This document shows, piece after piece, positions 1-9,125 of a DNA stretch of 64,000 nt (the stretch's first letter is position 1; each line of letters opens with the position of its first letter). The stretch is from Planctomycetota bacterium (GTDB lineage: Bacteria > Planctomycetota > B15-G4): the NCBI GenBank assembly GCA_029259715.1, contig JAJDEP010000018.1, positions 42,544 to 106,543 on the forward strand, written 5' to 3'. A program made the position numbers and the translations under genes. A model generated the notes under the pieces. The model saw only the letters and a program-made list of their open reading frames with translations. It had not been told where the DNA came from and ran no database searches.

Positions 1-1483
1 GCCCAGGGTCGGGGGCCGTCACCTCGTCGGACGGCGCGACGAAGGCGCCGGCCACCTCGTGGGCGGAGACGTCCTCCCCCTCCGCGCGCCGCCACGTCCA
101 TGCGGCCTGGATCGCGGCACCGAGCGCCGCCGATTCGTCCTCCGCCAGTCGACGCACCGGCGCGTCGAGACAGTCGGCCAGCATCGAACGCCACAGCGGG
201 TTGGCGGCGGCGCCCCCCACCAGGCGCACCTCGTCGACGGGCAGGCCGAGCGCGACGAGACGCTGGACGCCCCAGGCGAGGTTCAGGCTCGTGCCCTCCA
301 GCGCCGCGCGGAAGAGCACGCCGGGACGCAGATGTCCGGCGCGCATGCCGAGCAGCGTGCCGGTGGCCCGGGGCAGGTCGGGCACCCGCTCGCCGGCGAG
401 GTAGGGCAGCCATTGCAGGCCGTCGCAGCCCACGGGCACGCCCTCGGCGGCACGGGTGAGGGCGTCGAGATCGGCGAGGCCGCCATCGCCGGATGCACCG
501 TCACCCGATGCACCGTCGCCGCACCCATCGGTGCCGAACGCCGCGCGCACCTCCTCGGTGACGCCGGTGAGGTTCATCACGCACAGCAAGGGCAGCCAAC
601 CGCCGGTGGAATCGCAGAAGGGCGCGATGAGGCCTGCCGGGTCGACCACGGGCGCGGATGCATAGGTGAACGCCGTGCCCGACGTGCCCAGCGAGATCAC
701 CAGGACGCCGGGCGCCGTAGCGCCGCTGCCGAGGGCCGCGCACATGTTGTCGCCGCCGCCCGCGGACACGAGCGTGCCCGGGCGCAGTCCGAGCAGCCCC
801 GCGCCCCGGGTGGACAGTTGTCCGGCCGGCGCACCGGGCTCAACCAGGAGCGGCAACATGGACGGCAAACGCTCGTCGATGGCGGCGGCCGCGGCCTCGT
901 CCCAGGCGCGGGCGGTCACGTCGAAGAAGCCCGTCCCCGACGCGTCGCCCGCCTCGGACCGGGGCTCGCCCGTGAGCACGAAGTTGCAGTAGTCGTGGGG
1001 CAGCATCACGCCGCGGGTCATGGCCCAGGCCAGGGGCTCGTGCCGCGCGAGCCACGCCACCTTGCTGGCCGTGTAGCCGGTGGGCACCGCCCGCCCGAGG
1101 CGCTGCGACAGCTCCGCCGCCTCGTCGGCCGTGGAGGTGTCGCACCACAGCTTGGCCGGACGCACCACGGCGCCGTCCTCGTCCACCGCCACCAGGCCGT
1201 GCTGTTGGCCGGAGATGCCGATCCCGGCGATGGCCTCGGCGGGGATGGCCCGCCCCGGATCGTCGCCGCCCGAGAGCAACGCGCGCACCACGCCGGTCAT
1301 GGCGTCGACCCAGGTGCTCGGATGTTGCTCGGCCGCGCCGGTGGGCAGGCCTTCGATGAGCCCGTAGCGGCGCGACGCCCGTGCGATCACCCGGCCGGCC
1401 GTCGGGCCCTCGCCCGCGTTGATGACGACGCCCTTGGTGCCCTGGGTCCCGACGTCGAGGCCGAGGAAGAGGTGGCCGTTCAC
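1..1483 (-). CDS. xylB: xylulokinase (FGGY family), C-terminal end runs off the window
   Basis: Not in the ORF track because there is no stop in the window. My reverse-complement translation from GTG at 1483 reads VNGHLFLGLDVGTQGTKGVV...GISGQQHGLVAVD...GGGDNMCAALG...LPYLAGERVP...VGGAAANPLW. These are typical FGGY kinase motifs. It lies directly downstream of xylA. Confidence 0.85.
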   Translation of the reverse strand, partial: MNGHLFLGLDVGTQGTKGVVINAGEGPTAGRVIARASRRYGLIEGLPTGAAEQHPSTWVDAMTGVVRALLSGGDDPGRAIPAEAIAGIGISGQQHGLVAVDEDGAVVRPAKLWCDTSTADEAAELSQRLGRAVPTGYTASKVAWLARHEPLAWAMTRGVMLPHDYCNFVLTGEPRSEAGDASGTGFFDVTARAWDEAAAAAIDERLPSMLPLLVEPGAPAGQLSTRGAGLLGLRPGTLVSAGGGDNMCAALGSGATAPGVLVISLGTSGTAFTYASAPVVDPAGLIAPFCDSTGGWLPLLCVMNLTGVTEEVRAAFGTDGCGDGASGDGASGDGGLADLDALTRAAEGVPVGCDGLQWLPYLAGERVPDLPRATGTLLGMRAGHLRPGVLFRAALEGTSLNLAWGVQRLVALGLPVDEVRLVGGAAANPLWRSMLADCLDAPVRRLAEDESAALGAAIQAAWTWRRAEGEDVSAHEVAGAFVAPSDEVTAPDPG

Positions 1484-1532
1484 GAGTGCACCCTCGGCAC
1501 CGCGTGAGGTGCCACGTCCGGCGCCACGTCGC

Positions 1533-2753
1533 TCACCCGGCGACACCCAGCATGTACTCGGTCATGAGCTGGTCGAGGCGCTCGTAGCCCAGGCCTCGGG
1601 CGCCGATGGCATTGACGTCGACTTCCAGCGCGCGCAACGCGGCCGCCTTGTCGGCGTCGTAACCGGAGAGCAGGGGCAACACGTCGGTGCCGTGGCCGGC
1701 GCCGGCGGTGAACGCCTGGACCCGCGGATCGGCGTCGAAGGCCCGGGCCCGCGCGGCCAGGATCTTGTAGGTGCGCATGCAGCCCCGAGCGAAGTGCCAC
1801 ACGCCCTCCTCGTCCTCGGTGCGGTAGGCGTGGGCGTCGAAGTGGCGCGGGCCGTCGTAGCGGGAGTGGTCGACGCCGGCGTCGCCCGTCCCCGACGCTG
1901 ACGCCGCCGCGGCCGTGCCCTCGAGCAGGCGCACGAGCAGGAAGGCCTGCTTGAGGTCCTCGCTACCGAAGCGCAGGTCCTGGTCGTAGCGCCCGATGCG
2001 CTGGGCGTTGAGGTCGATGTGGAACAGCTTGCCCGCCTCGATGGCCTGGGCGACTCCCTGGACGAACGAGAGTCCTGCCATGTGCTCGTGGGCCACCTCG
2101 GGGTTCACGCCGACCATCTCCTCGTGCTGCAGTGTCGAGATGAAGTGCAGCATGTGGCCCGTGGTCGGGAAGTACATGTCGCCCCGGGGCTCGTTGGGCT
2201 TGGCCTCGAGGGCGAAGCGCAGGTCGTAGCCCTGGTCCTTCACGTATCCGCACAGGAAGTCGATGGCATCGCGCATGCGCTTCACCGCGTCGCGCGGGTC
2301 GCGGCACGCATCGGCCTCGGTGCCCTCGCGTCCGCCCCAGAAAACGTACGTTTCCGCGCCCAGCTCGACGCCGAGGTCGATGCCCGCCATGGTCTTGGCG
2401 TAGGCGAACGCGCGCACCTGCGGGTCGTTGCTGGTGAAGGCGCCGTCCTTGAAGACCGGGTGCGCGAACAGGTTGGTGGTGGCCATGGGAACGACCATGC
2501 CCTCCGCGACCAGGGTCGCCTTGAACCGCGCGACGATGAGGTCGCGCTCGGCGGCGGAGCTCCCGAAGGGCACGAGGTCATCGTCGTGGAGGTTCACACC
2601 CCACGCGCCGCACGCGGCCAGCTTGCGCACGAGGTGATTCGGATCGGCCACCGGTCGGGTGGCCGCCCCGAAGGGATCGCGACCGGGATTGCCGACCGTC
2701 CACAGGCCGAAGCTGAAGCGGTCGTCGGGGGTGGGGTCGTAGGCGTCGGTCAT
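1533..2753 (-). CDS. xylA: xylose isomerase, class I (short, actinobacterial/Thermus-type)
   Basis: 406-aa ORF with [33 protein letters not shown] and [12 protein letters not shown] motifs. Confidence 0.95.
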   Translation of the reverse strand: MTDAYDPTPDDRFSFGLWTVGNPGRDPFGAATRPVADPNHLVRKLAACGAWGVNLHDDDLVPFGSSAAERDLIVARFKATLVAEGMVVPMATTNLFAHPVFKDGAFTSNDPQVRAFAYAKTMAGIDLGVELGAETYVFWGGREGTEADACRDPRDAVKRMRDAIDFLCGYVKDQGYDLRFALEAKPNEPRGDMYFPTTGHMLHFISTLQHEEMVGVNPEVAHEHMAGLSFVQGVAQAIEAGKLFHIDLNAQRIGRYDQDLRFGSEDLKQAFLLVRLLEGTAAAASASGTGDAGVDHSRYDGPRHFDAHAYRTEDEEGVWHFARGCMRTYKILAARARAFDADPRVQAFTAGAGHGTDVLPLLSGYDADKAAALRALEVDVNAIGARGLGYERLDQLMTEYMLGVAG

Positions 2754-2762
2754 GAGCGCATT

Positions 2763-4544
2763 CTAGGGGGCCGGAGCGGTCGACAGTCCCGCCATCATGC
2801 GCATGAGAGAGTCCTCGTCGGCATCCCTCCGCGTCCGCTCACCCACCACCCGCCCCTCGCGCAGCACGATGATGCGCGTGCACAGGTGCAGCAGCTCGGG
2901 CATGTCGGAGCTCGCCATGAGCACGGCGGCGCCCTCGGCCGCCCGGCCCGAGAGCAGGGCGTGGATGGACTCCTTGGCCCCCACGTCGACGCCCCGCGTG
3001 GGCTCGTCCACCAGCAACACGGAGGCTTGCCCGTCTGCGCGGGCCCCTTCCGTGCGGGCCCCTTCCGTGCGGGCCCTGTCCGCGGCGGTCTGCACGGATC
3101 CGGCGCGGCGCGGGGCGCGGGCCAGCCAGCGGGCCAGCACCACCTTCTGCTGGTTGCCGCCGCTGAGGGCGGCCACCGGCGTCTCGACCGAAGGCGCCCG
3201 CACGCCCAGGCGTTGGTAGGCCTCCTGTGCAGCGCGGCGTTCGCGCCCCCGCAGCAGGAACGGCCCGCGGCGCCAGCGCCGCAGATCGGCCAGCGAGAAA
3301 TTCTCCCGCCCGCTCAGGCCGAGCACCAGGCCCTGACGCTTGCGGTCCTCCGGCACGAGACCGAGGCCCGCGGCCATGGCGTCCTGCGCCGACCAGCGGC
3401 CGCCGTGTGCACTGCCGCCGGCGCCGCTGTCTGCACTGCCGCGCGAGCCTGCATCCCGTTCGCCGCCGAGCTCCCGGCCGTCAACGCTCACGCGTCCGGC
3501 GCTGACCCGGTCGAGTCCGAACACCGCCCGCAGCAGCTCGCTGCGTCCGGCGCCCACCAGCCCGGCGAGGCCCACGATCTCGCCGGCCTGCACCTGCAGC
3601 GAGACGTCGTGGCAGCCGGCGGCCGAACTCAGGCCCTCGATGGACAGGCGTACCGGGCCCGGCTCGGAGCCGAGGTGCGGCGGCGTGGTCTCGACGAGCG
3701 ACCGCCCGATCATGTGCTTTACGAGCTCGTCGGCATCGAAGGGCGACGCCACTCCGGAGCCGACCACCACGGCATCCGTCGACGCGGCATCCGACCGCGC
3801 GGCCTCGACCCGCTCCAACGTCGCCACGGCGCGACCGTCGCGCAGCACCGTGGCGCGATCGCACAGGCGCTGCACCTCGTGCAGGCGGTGGGTGATCCAG
3901 ATCACGGTCAGGCCGTCGGCGCGCAGCTCCTCCACCAAGGCGTAGAGCCGCTCGGCCTCCGCCTCCGTGAGGGCGCTGGTGGCCTCATCGAACACGAGGA
4001 TGTCGGCGCCCGTGCCCAGGGCCGCCGCCACCTGCACGAGCTGCTCGGCCGCCACCGGCAGGGCGCCCACCGGCTGGGAGACGTCGAGCTCGACACCGAT
4101 GCGCGCGAGCAGCGCGCGGGCCCGGCGGTGCTGTTCACGTCGGTCGATGAAGGGCCGGAGCCAACGCGGGCCGCTTGGTGCGCCACCCACTGCGCCGCCC
4201 GCCGCACCGGCCGCGCCCGGCCCACCACCCCGCCGCGGCCACCGACCGAGGGCCAGGTTCTCGGACACGCTCAGATCGGGGCAGAACGACAGCTCTTGGT
4301 GCACCATGCCCACGCCGGCAGCCAGGGCATCAGCCGGTTGCACGAACAAGCGCGGCTTGCCGTCGATCTCGAGCGTGCCGGCGTCGGGGCGGTGGATGCC
4401 CGCCAGCACCTTGCCCAGCGTCGACTTGCCCGCGCCGTTCTCGCCGAGCAGCCCGTGGCACGCGCCCCGCGCGATCTCCAGGGTGACGTGCTGGAGCGCG
4501 ACCACGCCCCCGAACTGCTTGCGCACGCCGCGGAAGGTGATCAC
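2763..4544 (-). CDS. sugar ABC transporter ATP-binding protein with two nucleotide-binding domains (RbsA/XylG-like)
   Basis: Walker A GENGAGKST and GLVGAGRSE, signature LSGGNQQK, Walker B LVFDEATSALT and LLVDEPTRGVD. The track ORF 2763..5384 has an Arg-rich N-terminal extension, so I trimmed it to the GTG at 4544, which overlaps the upstream stop (GTGA). Confidence 0.85.
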   Translation of the reverse strand: MITFRGVRKQFGGVVALQHVTLEIARGACHGLLGENGAGKSTLGKVLAGIHRPDAGTLEIDGKPRLFVQPADALAAGVGMVHQELSFCPDLSVSENLALGRWPRRGGGPGAAGAAGGAVGGAPSGPRWLRPFIDRREQHRRARALLARIGVELDVSQPVGALPVAAEQLVQVAAALGTGADILVFDEATSALTEAEAERLYALVEELRADGLTVIWITHRLHEVQRLCDRATVLRDGRAVATLERVEAARSDAASTDAVVVGSGVASPFDADELVKHMIGRSLVETTPPHLGSEPGPVRLSIEGLSSAAGCHDVSLQVQAGEIVGLAGLVGAGRSELLRAVFGLDRVSAGRVSVDGRELGGERDAGSRGSADSGAGGSAHGGRWSAQDAMAAGLGLVPEDRKRQGLVLGLSGRENFSLADLRRWRRGPFLLRGRERRAAQEAYQRLGVRAPSVETPVAALSGGNQQKVVLARWLARAPRRAGSVQTAADRARTEGARTEGARADGQASVLLVDEPTRGVDVGAKESIHALLSGRAAEGAAVLMASSDMPELLHLCTRIIVLREGRVVGERTRRDADEDSLMRMMAGLSTAPAP

Positions 4545-5647
4545 TTCAGCCAGACGTCCCAGTTCTTGCGGTACGCGTCGACGTTGTCGGCGGTGACCCG
4601 GGTGAGCGGCACGAAGCGGAATTCCTCGCCGCCCATCACAGTCGCACCGCCCATCGCTTCGCCTTCGCCCCGACCGGCGTGCACCGCGTCGGCCAGGTCC
4701 GTGACGGCCTTGTGCCCCCAGGCGTAGCAGTCCTGCGCCAACAGAGTGGCCACGTGCCCGCTCGACAGGTAGCCGAGCTGCGCCGGCAGGGCGTCCACCG
4801 ACACCACCTTGATGCTCCCCGGATCCCAGCGCAACGCGTTGTGGGCGAAGAGCGGCCAGCCTCCCACGAAGGCCCAGCCGGTGATCTGCGGATGGATGGA
4901 TTGGGCGCGGGCCACCGCCTCGGCCGCCTGCTCGGGTGTCTCGGGGTGATAGAAGACGCCGTCGTCGAGCAGCGTGATGCCCGGGTGCGCGTCGATCCCC
5001 GCCAAGACGCCCTCGACGCGGCGGCGCAGGTTGGGCGCGGCCTGGTTCCCGGCCAGCACCGCCACGACACCCTCGCCGCCCAGGGCGTCGGCCAGCGCGC
5101 CCATCACCTGGCGACCGCACTCGAAATCGTCGGTGCCGAAGTAGTAGCTGCGCTGGCTGTCGGGCGAGTCGCTGTCGAAGCAGATCACGACGGCGCCCAG
5201 TTCGACGGCCTTGTCGATGGCGGGTCGCAGGGTGTTGGCGTCGCTGCACGCCACGGCGATGGCGTCGGCGCCCGCCCGGGCGAGCTGCTCGACGGCCGCG
5301 GCCTGGGCCATGGCGTCCTCGTCCGCCGGCGTCTGGATGTCGACGTTCACGGCGACGCCGTCGGAGGCATGAGCCAGGTTCCATTCCCGCATGGCCGCCC
5401 GGGCGCCGGCGTGGGCCGCCTGGAACACGGGATTGCTCTGGCTCTTGGCGACGATTCCTATCGAGATCGTACGCATCACGTCGCGCGGATCGCCGCCGGG
5501 AGCCGGGCCGGTGTCGCTGCAGCCGGTGAGCAGCGTGACCAACAGAGCGCCCACCAGCACGACGAGACGGTGCGCGACCGCGGACAGAGCGATGCGGACG
5601 GCGCCGCGCGCGGGAGCGGGTCGGGAGGACAGCGCGGTCGGGCTCAT
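4541..5647 (-). CDS. sugar ABC transporter substrate-binding lipoprotein (periplasmic binding protein, RbsB/XylF-like)
   Basis: Trimmed from track ORF 4541..6577 to MSPTAL.... It has a signal peptide with lipobox LLTGC, then ISIGIVAKSQSNPVFQ, typical of the Peripla_BP sugar-binding fold. The start overlaps the permease stop (ATGA). Confidence 0.8.
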   Translation of the reverse strand: MSPTALSSRPAPARGAVRIALSAVAHRLVVLVGALLVTLLTGCSDTGPAPGGDPRDVMRTISIGIVAKSQSNPVFQAAHAGARAAMREWNLAHASDGVAVNVDIQTPADEDAMAQAAAVEQLARAGADAIAVACSDANTLRPAIDKAVELGAVVICFDSDSPDSQRSYYFGTDDFECGRQVMGALADALGGEGVVAVLAGNQAAPNLRRRVEGVLAGIDAHPGITLLDDGVFYHPETPEQAAEAVARAQSIHPQITGWAFVGGWPLFAHNALRWDPGSIKVVSVDALPAQLGYLSSGHVATLLAQDCYAWGHKAVTDLADAVHAGRGEGEAMGGATVMGGEEFRFVPLTRVTADNVDAYRKNWDVWLK

Positions 5648-6732
5648 GACGGATTCTCCCAGCTCTGCAGCGGCGGCTTTCCGCGGGGCGTGCGCTGGCG
5701 CCAGCCTTCGCTCAACCGGTCGACGGCCACCGCCAAGAGGATGGCCAGGCCGATGATGATCTTGCCGTATTCCTTGGTGATGGGGATCGTCGCGAATCCC
5801 AGGGGCACCGCCTTGACGATGTCGATGCCATTCTCGATGAGCTTGATCACCAACGCTCCGAGCAGCGCACCGAGTGCCGAGCCGCGGCCGCCCACCAGGC
5901 TCGCGCCGCCCACCACCGCCGCGGCGATGACCGTCAGCTCGTAGCCCTCGCCCGTGGCCGTGTTGGCCGACTGGTAGAAGCCCGCGGAGACCATGCCGGC
6001 CGCGCCGGCCGCCAGGCCCGCGAGGGCGTAGACGCGCACCTTCACCCGGCCGGTGCGGATGCCGGCGAAGCGCGCCGCCTCCTCGTTGCCGCCGACGGCG
6101 TAGATCTCGCGTCCGCCCGCCGTGTGGTTGAGGTAGAGCCACGCGACCACGCTGCAGACCAGCATGATCAGCATGGGCACCGGCTGCACAAAGACGTCGC
6201 CGAGGTCGGCGCGGGTCCCGATGAAGTCCTCGGTGAAGACGGTGGGCAGGCGCTCGCCCAGGCTCGGCAGGGTCTTGGCGCGCACGGACACGAGGCCGAT
6301 GCCGCGGAAGATGGAGAGCGTCCCCAGCGTGACGATGAAGGGATGGATGCGCAGTCCCACCACGAGCAGGCCGTTGACCAGACCGCAGGCTGTGCCCACC
6401 GCGAGCGGCACGACGATGCCCACAGGGATGGCCGTCCACGCGCTCGCGTCGGCGCCGAGTTCCTGCAGCGCCGCGGCCGCCGACAACGCCGAGAGCCCGA
6501 AGATCGAACCCACCGAGATGTCGATGCCGCCGGAGATGATCACCACCGTGGCACCCAGCGCCATGATGGCCATCCACGACATGGGCGTGGCCACGTTGGC
6601 CGCGAGGTTGTCGAGGCGCAGGAAGTTGTTGACGCTCGTGCCGCGCACGGTCACGGGGTCGGCCAGGGCCGTCAGCGCCAGTCCCAGCAGGACGATGACG
6701 ACGAGCAGGCCGGCTTCCTGCAGGCGCCGCAC
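5644..6732 (-). CDS. sugar ABC transporter permease (BPD_transp_2, RbsC/XylH-like)
   Basis: 362-aa polytopic membrane ORF with GGIDISVGS, GGREIYAVGGNEEAARFAGI and VVGGASLVGGRGS motifs. Confidence 0.9.
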   Translation of the reverse strand: MRRLQEAGLLVVIVLLGLALTALADPVTVRGTSVNNFLRLDNLAANVATPMSWMAIMALGATVVIISGGIDISVGSIFGLSALSAAAALQELGADASAWTAIPVGIVVPLAVGTACGLVNGLLVVGLRIHPFIVTLGTLSIFRGIGLVSVRAKTLPSLGERLPTVFTEDFIGTRADLGDVFVQPVPMLIMLVCSVVAWLYLNHTAGGREIYAVGGNEEAARFAGIRTGRVKVRVYALAGLAAGAAGMVSAGFYQSANTATGEGYELTVIAAAVVGGASLVGGRGSALGALLGALVIKLIENGIDIVKAVPLGFATIPITKEYGKIIIGLAILLAVAVDRLSEGWRQRTPRGKPPLQSWENPS

Positions 6733-6733
6733 C

Positions 6734-7018
6734 TCAGCCCTCGACGCTAACGCCCTTCCAGAAGGCCAGTCGTCCCTTGATGTTTGCGGCTTCCGGAAGC
6801 GGGTCGGGATAGAACCAGGCGGCGTCCTCGTTCACCGCTCCGTTGACGTCGAGGCTGTAGTAGCTGGCCTCACCCTTCCAGCCGCAGACCGACTTGGTCT
6901 CGCTCGGGCGCAGGATGCCCTCGACGACCGACTCGGCCGGGAAGTAGTGGTTGCCCTCGACGACGACCGTGTCGTCGCTCTGCGCGATCAGCTTGCCGTT
7001 CCAGCGGGCTTCGACCAT
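6734..7018 (-). CDS. DUF427 domain protein
   Basis: 94 aa. WNGKLIAQSDDTVVVEGNHYFP...CGWKGEASYYSL is the conserved DUF427 pattern. There is a 1-nt gap to the permease start. Confidence 0.8.
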   Translation of the reverse strand: MVEARWNGKLIAQSDDTVVVEGNHYFPAESVVEGILRPSETKSVCGWKGEASYYSLDVNGAVNEDAAWFYPDPLPEAANIKGRLAFWKGVSVEG

Positions 7019-9081
7019 GGCTGCGTCCTCCCTGCATCGTCCCCTGTGTCGTCCGGCCCAGCATCCATCGGGAGGCCCCCGCGATCCACGGGCGAATCGG
7101 TGGCCTCGCCCTCGTTCGCATCCTCCAACTCGGTCAGGTCGTCGGCCCGGACCGAGCGCACGGACGGCGCCGTCAGGTAGGTCTGGCTCGCCAGGGCGGC
7201 CACCATGTCGTCGCGCACCTCGCGGGCCTCGGCTGGCGTCAGCGACTTGTGCTTCACCAGCCGGGCGAGAGCCCGGTCGTAGCGCTCCAGCAGCCAGGCC
7301 TCGTCGTACTGGGCGTAGTCGAGCACCTCGGCCACCCGCTCGCCCTTGACCTCGTTCACGAGCACCGCCTGCCCCTGCTCGTCGAAGTCGACGTGCACCG
7401 TGTCGGTGTCGCCGAAGAGGTTGTGCAGGTCGCCCAGGATCTCCTGGTAGGCGCCCACCAGGAAGATGCCCAGCTCGTAGGACTCGTCCTCGCGCAGTTC
7501 GTGCACCTCGAGCACGTGCTTGACGTCGCGCTGGTCGGGGAAGCGATCGATCTTGCCGTCGCTGTCGCAGGTCATGTCGCCCAGCACGGCGCGTCTTGTG
7601 GGCTCTTCGTGCAATCGCTTGAGCGGCATGACCGGGAAGATGTGCCGGATGGCCCAGCTGTCGGGCACCGACTGGAACACCGAGAAGTTGCAGAAGTAGA
7701 TGTCGGAGAGCAGCTTGTCGAGCCCCTCGAATTCCTCGGGCACGCGGTCCATCTTCTCGGCCATCGCGGCCACCCGCTCACACGTGCGGTAGAAGAGGCG
7801 CTCGCACATGGCCCGGGTGGGCAGGTCGAGCAGGCCCAGCATGAAGCGCTGCAGCATCTCCTCGCGCAGGGCGTGGGCGTCGTGGAGCACCTCGCGGGCG
7901 GTCTTGCGCGAGAGGCGCTCGAGGTTCTCGTTCAGGTTGACCACCGAGTCGTCGTCGACGTTCGCGCCGGGGACGTCATCCTCGGGGGTCAGGCGCGAGG
8001 CGCCGATGACGTCGAGGGCCAGCATCGCGTGGTGGGCGACCAGGGCCCGGCCCGTCTCCGTGACGATGTCCGGCACCGGCTGGCCGGCCTTCTCGCAGGC
8101 CTCCTGGATGTGCCACACCACGTCGTTGGCGTATTCCTGCTCGGTGTAGTTCATCGACGAGTCGAAGCGCGTGCGGCTCCCGTCGTAATCGACGGCCAGT
8201 CCGCCACCCACATCGAACATCTCGAGGGGCGCCCCGAGTCGTCGCAGCTCGACGTAGATCCGACTCGCCTCGCGCAGCGCCGTGCTCAGGCTGCGGATCG
8301 ACGTGATCTGGCTGCCGATGTGGAAGTGCAGCAGCCGCAACTGACCGAGCAGGCCCTCTTCGCGCAACCACTCGACGGCCTCGACCATCTGGCCCGCGGA
8401 GAGACCGAACTTGGCGCGGTCGCCGGCCGACCCCTCCCAGCGTCCCTGGCCCTTGCTCGCGAGGCGGCTGCGGATGCCGAGCAGCGGCGCCGCCTCCAAG
8501 CCCTGGCGCTCGACGACGCGGCGGTAGGTCTCGATCTCGGACGGCTTCTCGATGACCACCACCACTTCGTGCCCGAGCCGCACGGCGAGGCAGGCCAGCT
8601 CGAGGTAGGCCTCGTCCTTGTAGCCGTTGCAGATGACGAGGCTCGGGCGCTCGAGCAGCGCGATGACCGCCATGATCTCGGGCTTGCTGCCGACCTCGAG
8701 ACCCAGCGCCGTGTCGTTGCCCTTGCGCAGCGCCTCGACCACGTGGCGCATCTGGTTGACCTTGATCGGGTACACCGGCCGGTGGCGCCCGGTGTAGCTC
8801 ATCTCCCGGGACGCGTTGCGGAAGGCGTTGCTCAGGGCCCTCAGGCGATGGCGCAGGATGCCGTCGAAGCGGATCAGCAAGGGCAGCGACATGCCCTGAC
8901 GCCGCGCCTGCGCGATGATCTCGACCACCGACGTGGACGGCCCGTGGGCACCCTTGGGCTGGACCCGCAGCGCACCATCGGCGCCGATGGCAAAGTAGGG
9001 CCGGCCCCAGCCGTCGAGGTTGTAGAGCTCGCTGCTGCGGTCGATGGACCAGCCGGGCGAGTGGGCGGAGCGCTGGGCCAC
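6988..9081 (-). CDS. speA: biosynthetic arginine decarboxylase
   Basis: WSIDRSSELYNLDGWGRPYF N-terminus, PLP-lysine motif YPIKVNQ, and HFHIGSQ and GGGLAVDYDG motifs. The start is set at GTG 9081, because the track ORF start (TTG 9168) would overlap the divergent gene. The start is uncertain. Confidence 0.85.
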   Translation of the reverse strand: MAQRSAHSPGWSIDRSSELYNLDGWGRPYFAIGADGALRVQPKGAHGPSTSVVEIIAQARRQGMSLPLLIRFDGILRHRLRALSNAFRNASREMSYTGRHRPVYPIKVNQMRHVVEALRKGNDTALGLEVGSKPEIMAVIALLERPSLVICNGYKDEAYLELACLAVRLGHEVVVVIEKPSEIETYRRVVERQGLEAAPLLGIRSRLASKGQGRWEGSAGDRAKFGLSAGQMVEAVEWLREEGLLGQLRLLHFHIGSQITSIRSLSTALREASRIYVELRRLGAPLEMFDVGGGLAVDYDGSRTRFDSSMNYTEQEYANDVVWHIQEACEKAGQPVPDIVTETGRALVAHHAMLALDVIGASRLTPEDDVPGANVDDDSVVNLNENLERLSRKTAREVLHDAHALREEMLQRFMLGLLDLPTRAMCERLFYRTCERVAAMAEKMDRVPEEFEGLDKLLSDIYFCNFSVFQSVPDSWAIRHIFPVMPLKRLHEEPTRRAVLGDMTCDSDGKIDRFPDQRDVKHVLEVHELREDESYELGIFLVGAYQEILGDLHNLFGDTDTVHVDFDEQGQAVLVNEVKGERVAEVLDYAQYDEAWLLERYDRALARLVKHKSLTPAEAREVRDDMVAALASQTYLTAPSVRSVRADDLTELEDANEGEATDSPVDRGGLPMDAGPDDTGDDAGRTQPWSKPAGTAS

Positions 9082-9125
9082 GTCTCGGGTCCCCCTGGAG
9101 CGGGCGGGGACTATAGCATGGGTCC

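Noticed and set aside
59-1507. 482-aa plus-strand ORF covering the left end of the window.
   Set aside because: It has Arg/Gly/Ala/His-rich shadow composition. The opposite strand translates into a textbook FGGY xylulokinase starting at GTG 1483.
2019-4727. 902-aa plus-strand ORF, and similar very long ORFs at 15952-17595, 40150-43230, 42212-44545, 45656-48205, 48997-51510, 56908-59082 and 58998-60974.
   Set aside because: All lie antisense to genes with clear family motifs and show the Arg/Gly/Pro/His-rich, stop-poor character expected of non-coding frames in very GC-rich DNA. I recognise no family motifs in them.
2763-6577. Long N-terminal extensions of the track ORFs 2763..5384 and 4541..6577. 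The same applies to 12953..15064, 19730..20938, 24555..26909, 36936..38147, 41239..42777 and 43607..44707.
   Set aside because: The extensions are Arg-rich, overlap the upstream gene and lack homology-like sequence. Internal starts give proper signal peptides, RBSs or ATGA/GTGA couplings.
6988-7018. 31-nt overlap between the speA 3' end and the DUF427 start, as a possible sign of a frameshift or wrong stop.
   Set aside because: Both frames read sensibly to their ends. DUF427 starts with its conserved N-terminus, and the speA tail is an acidic low-complexity extension. Nothing in the sequence requires an error.
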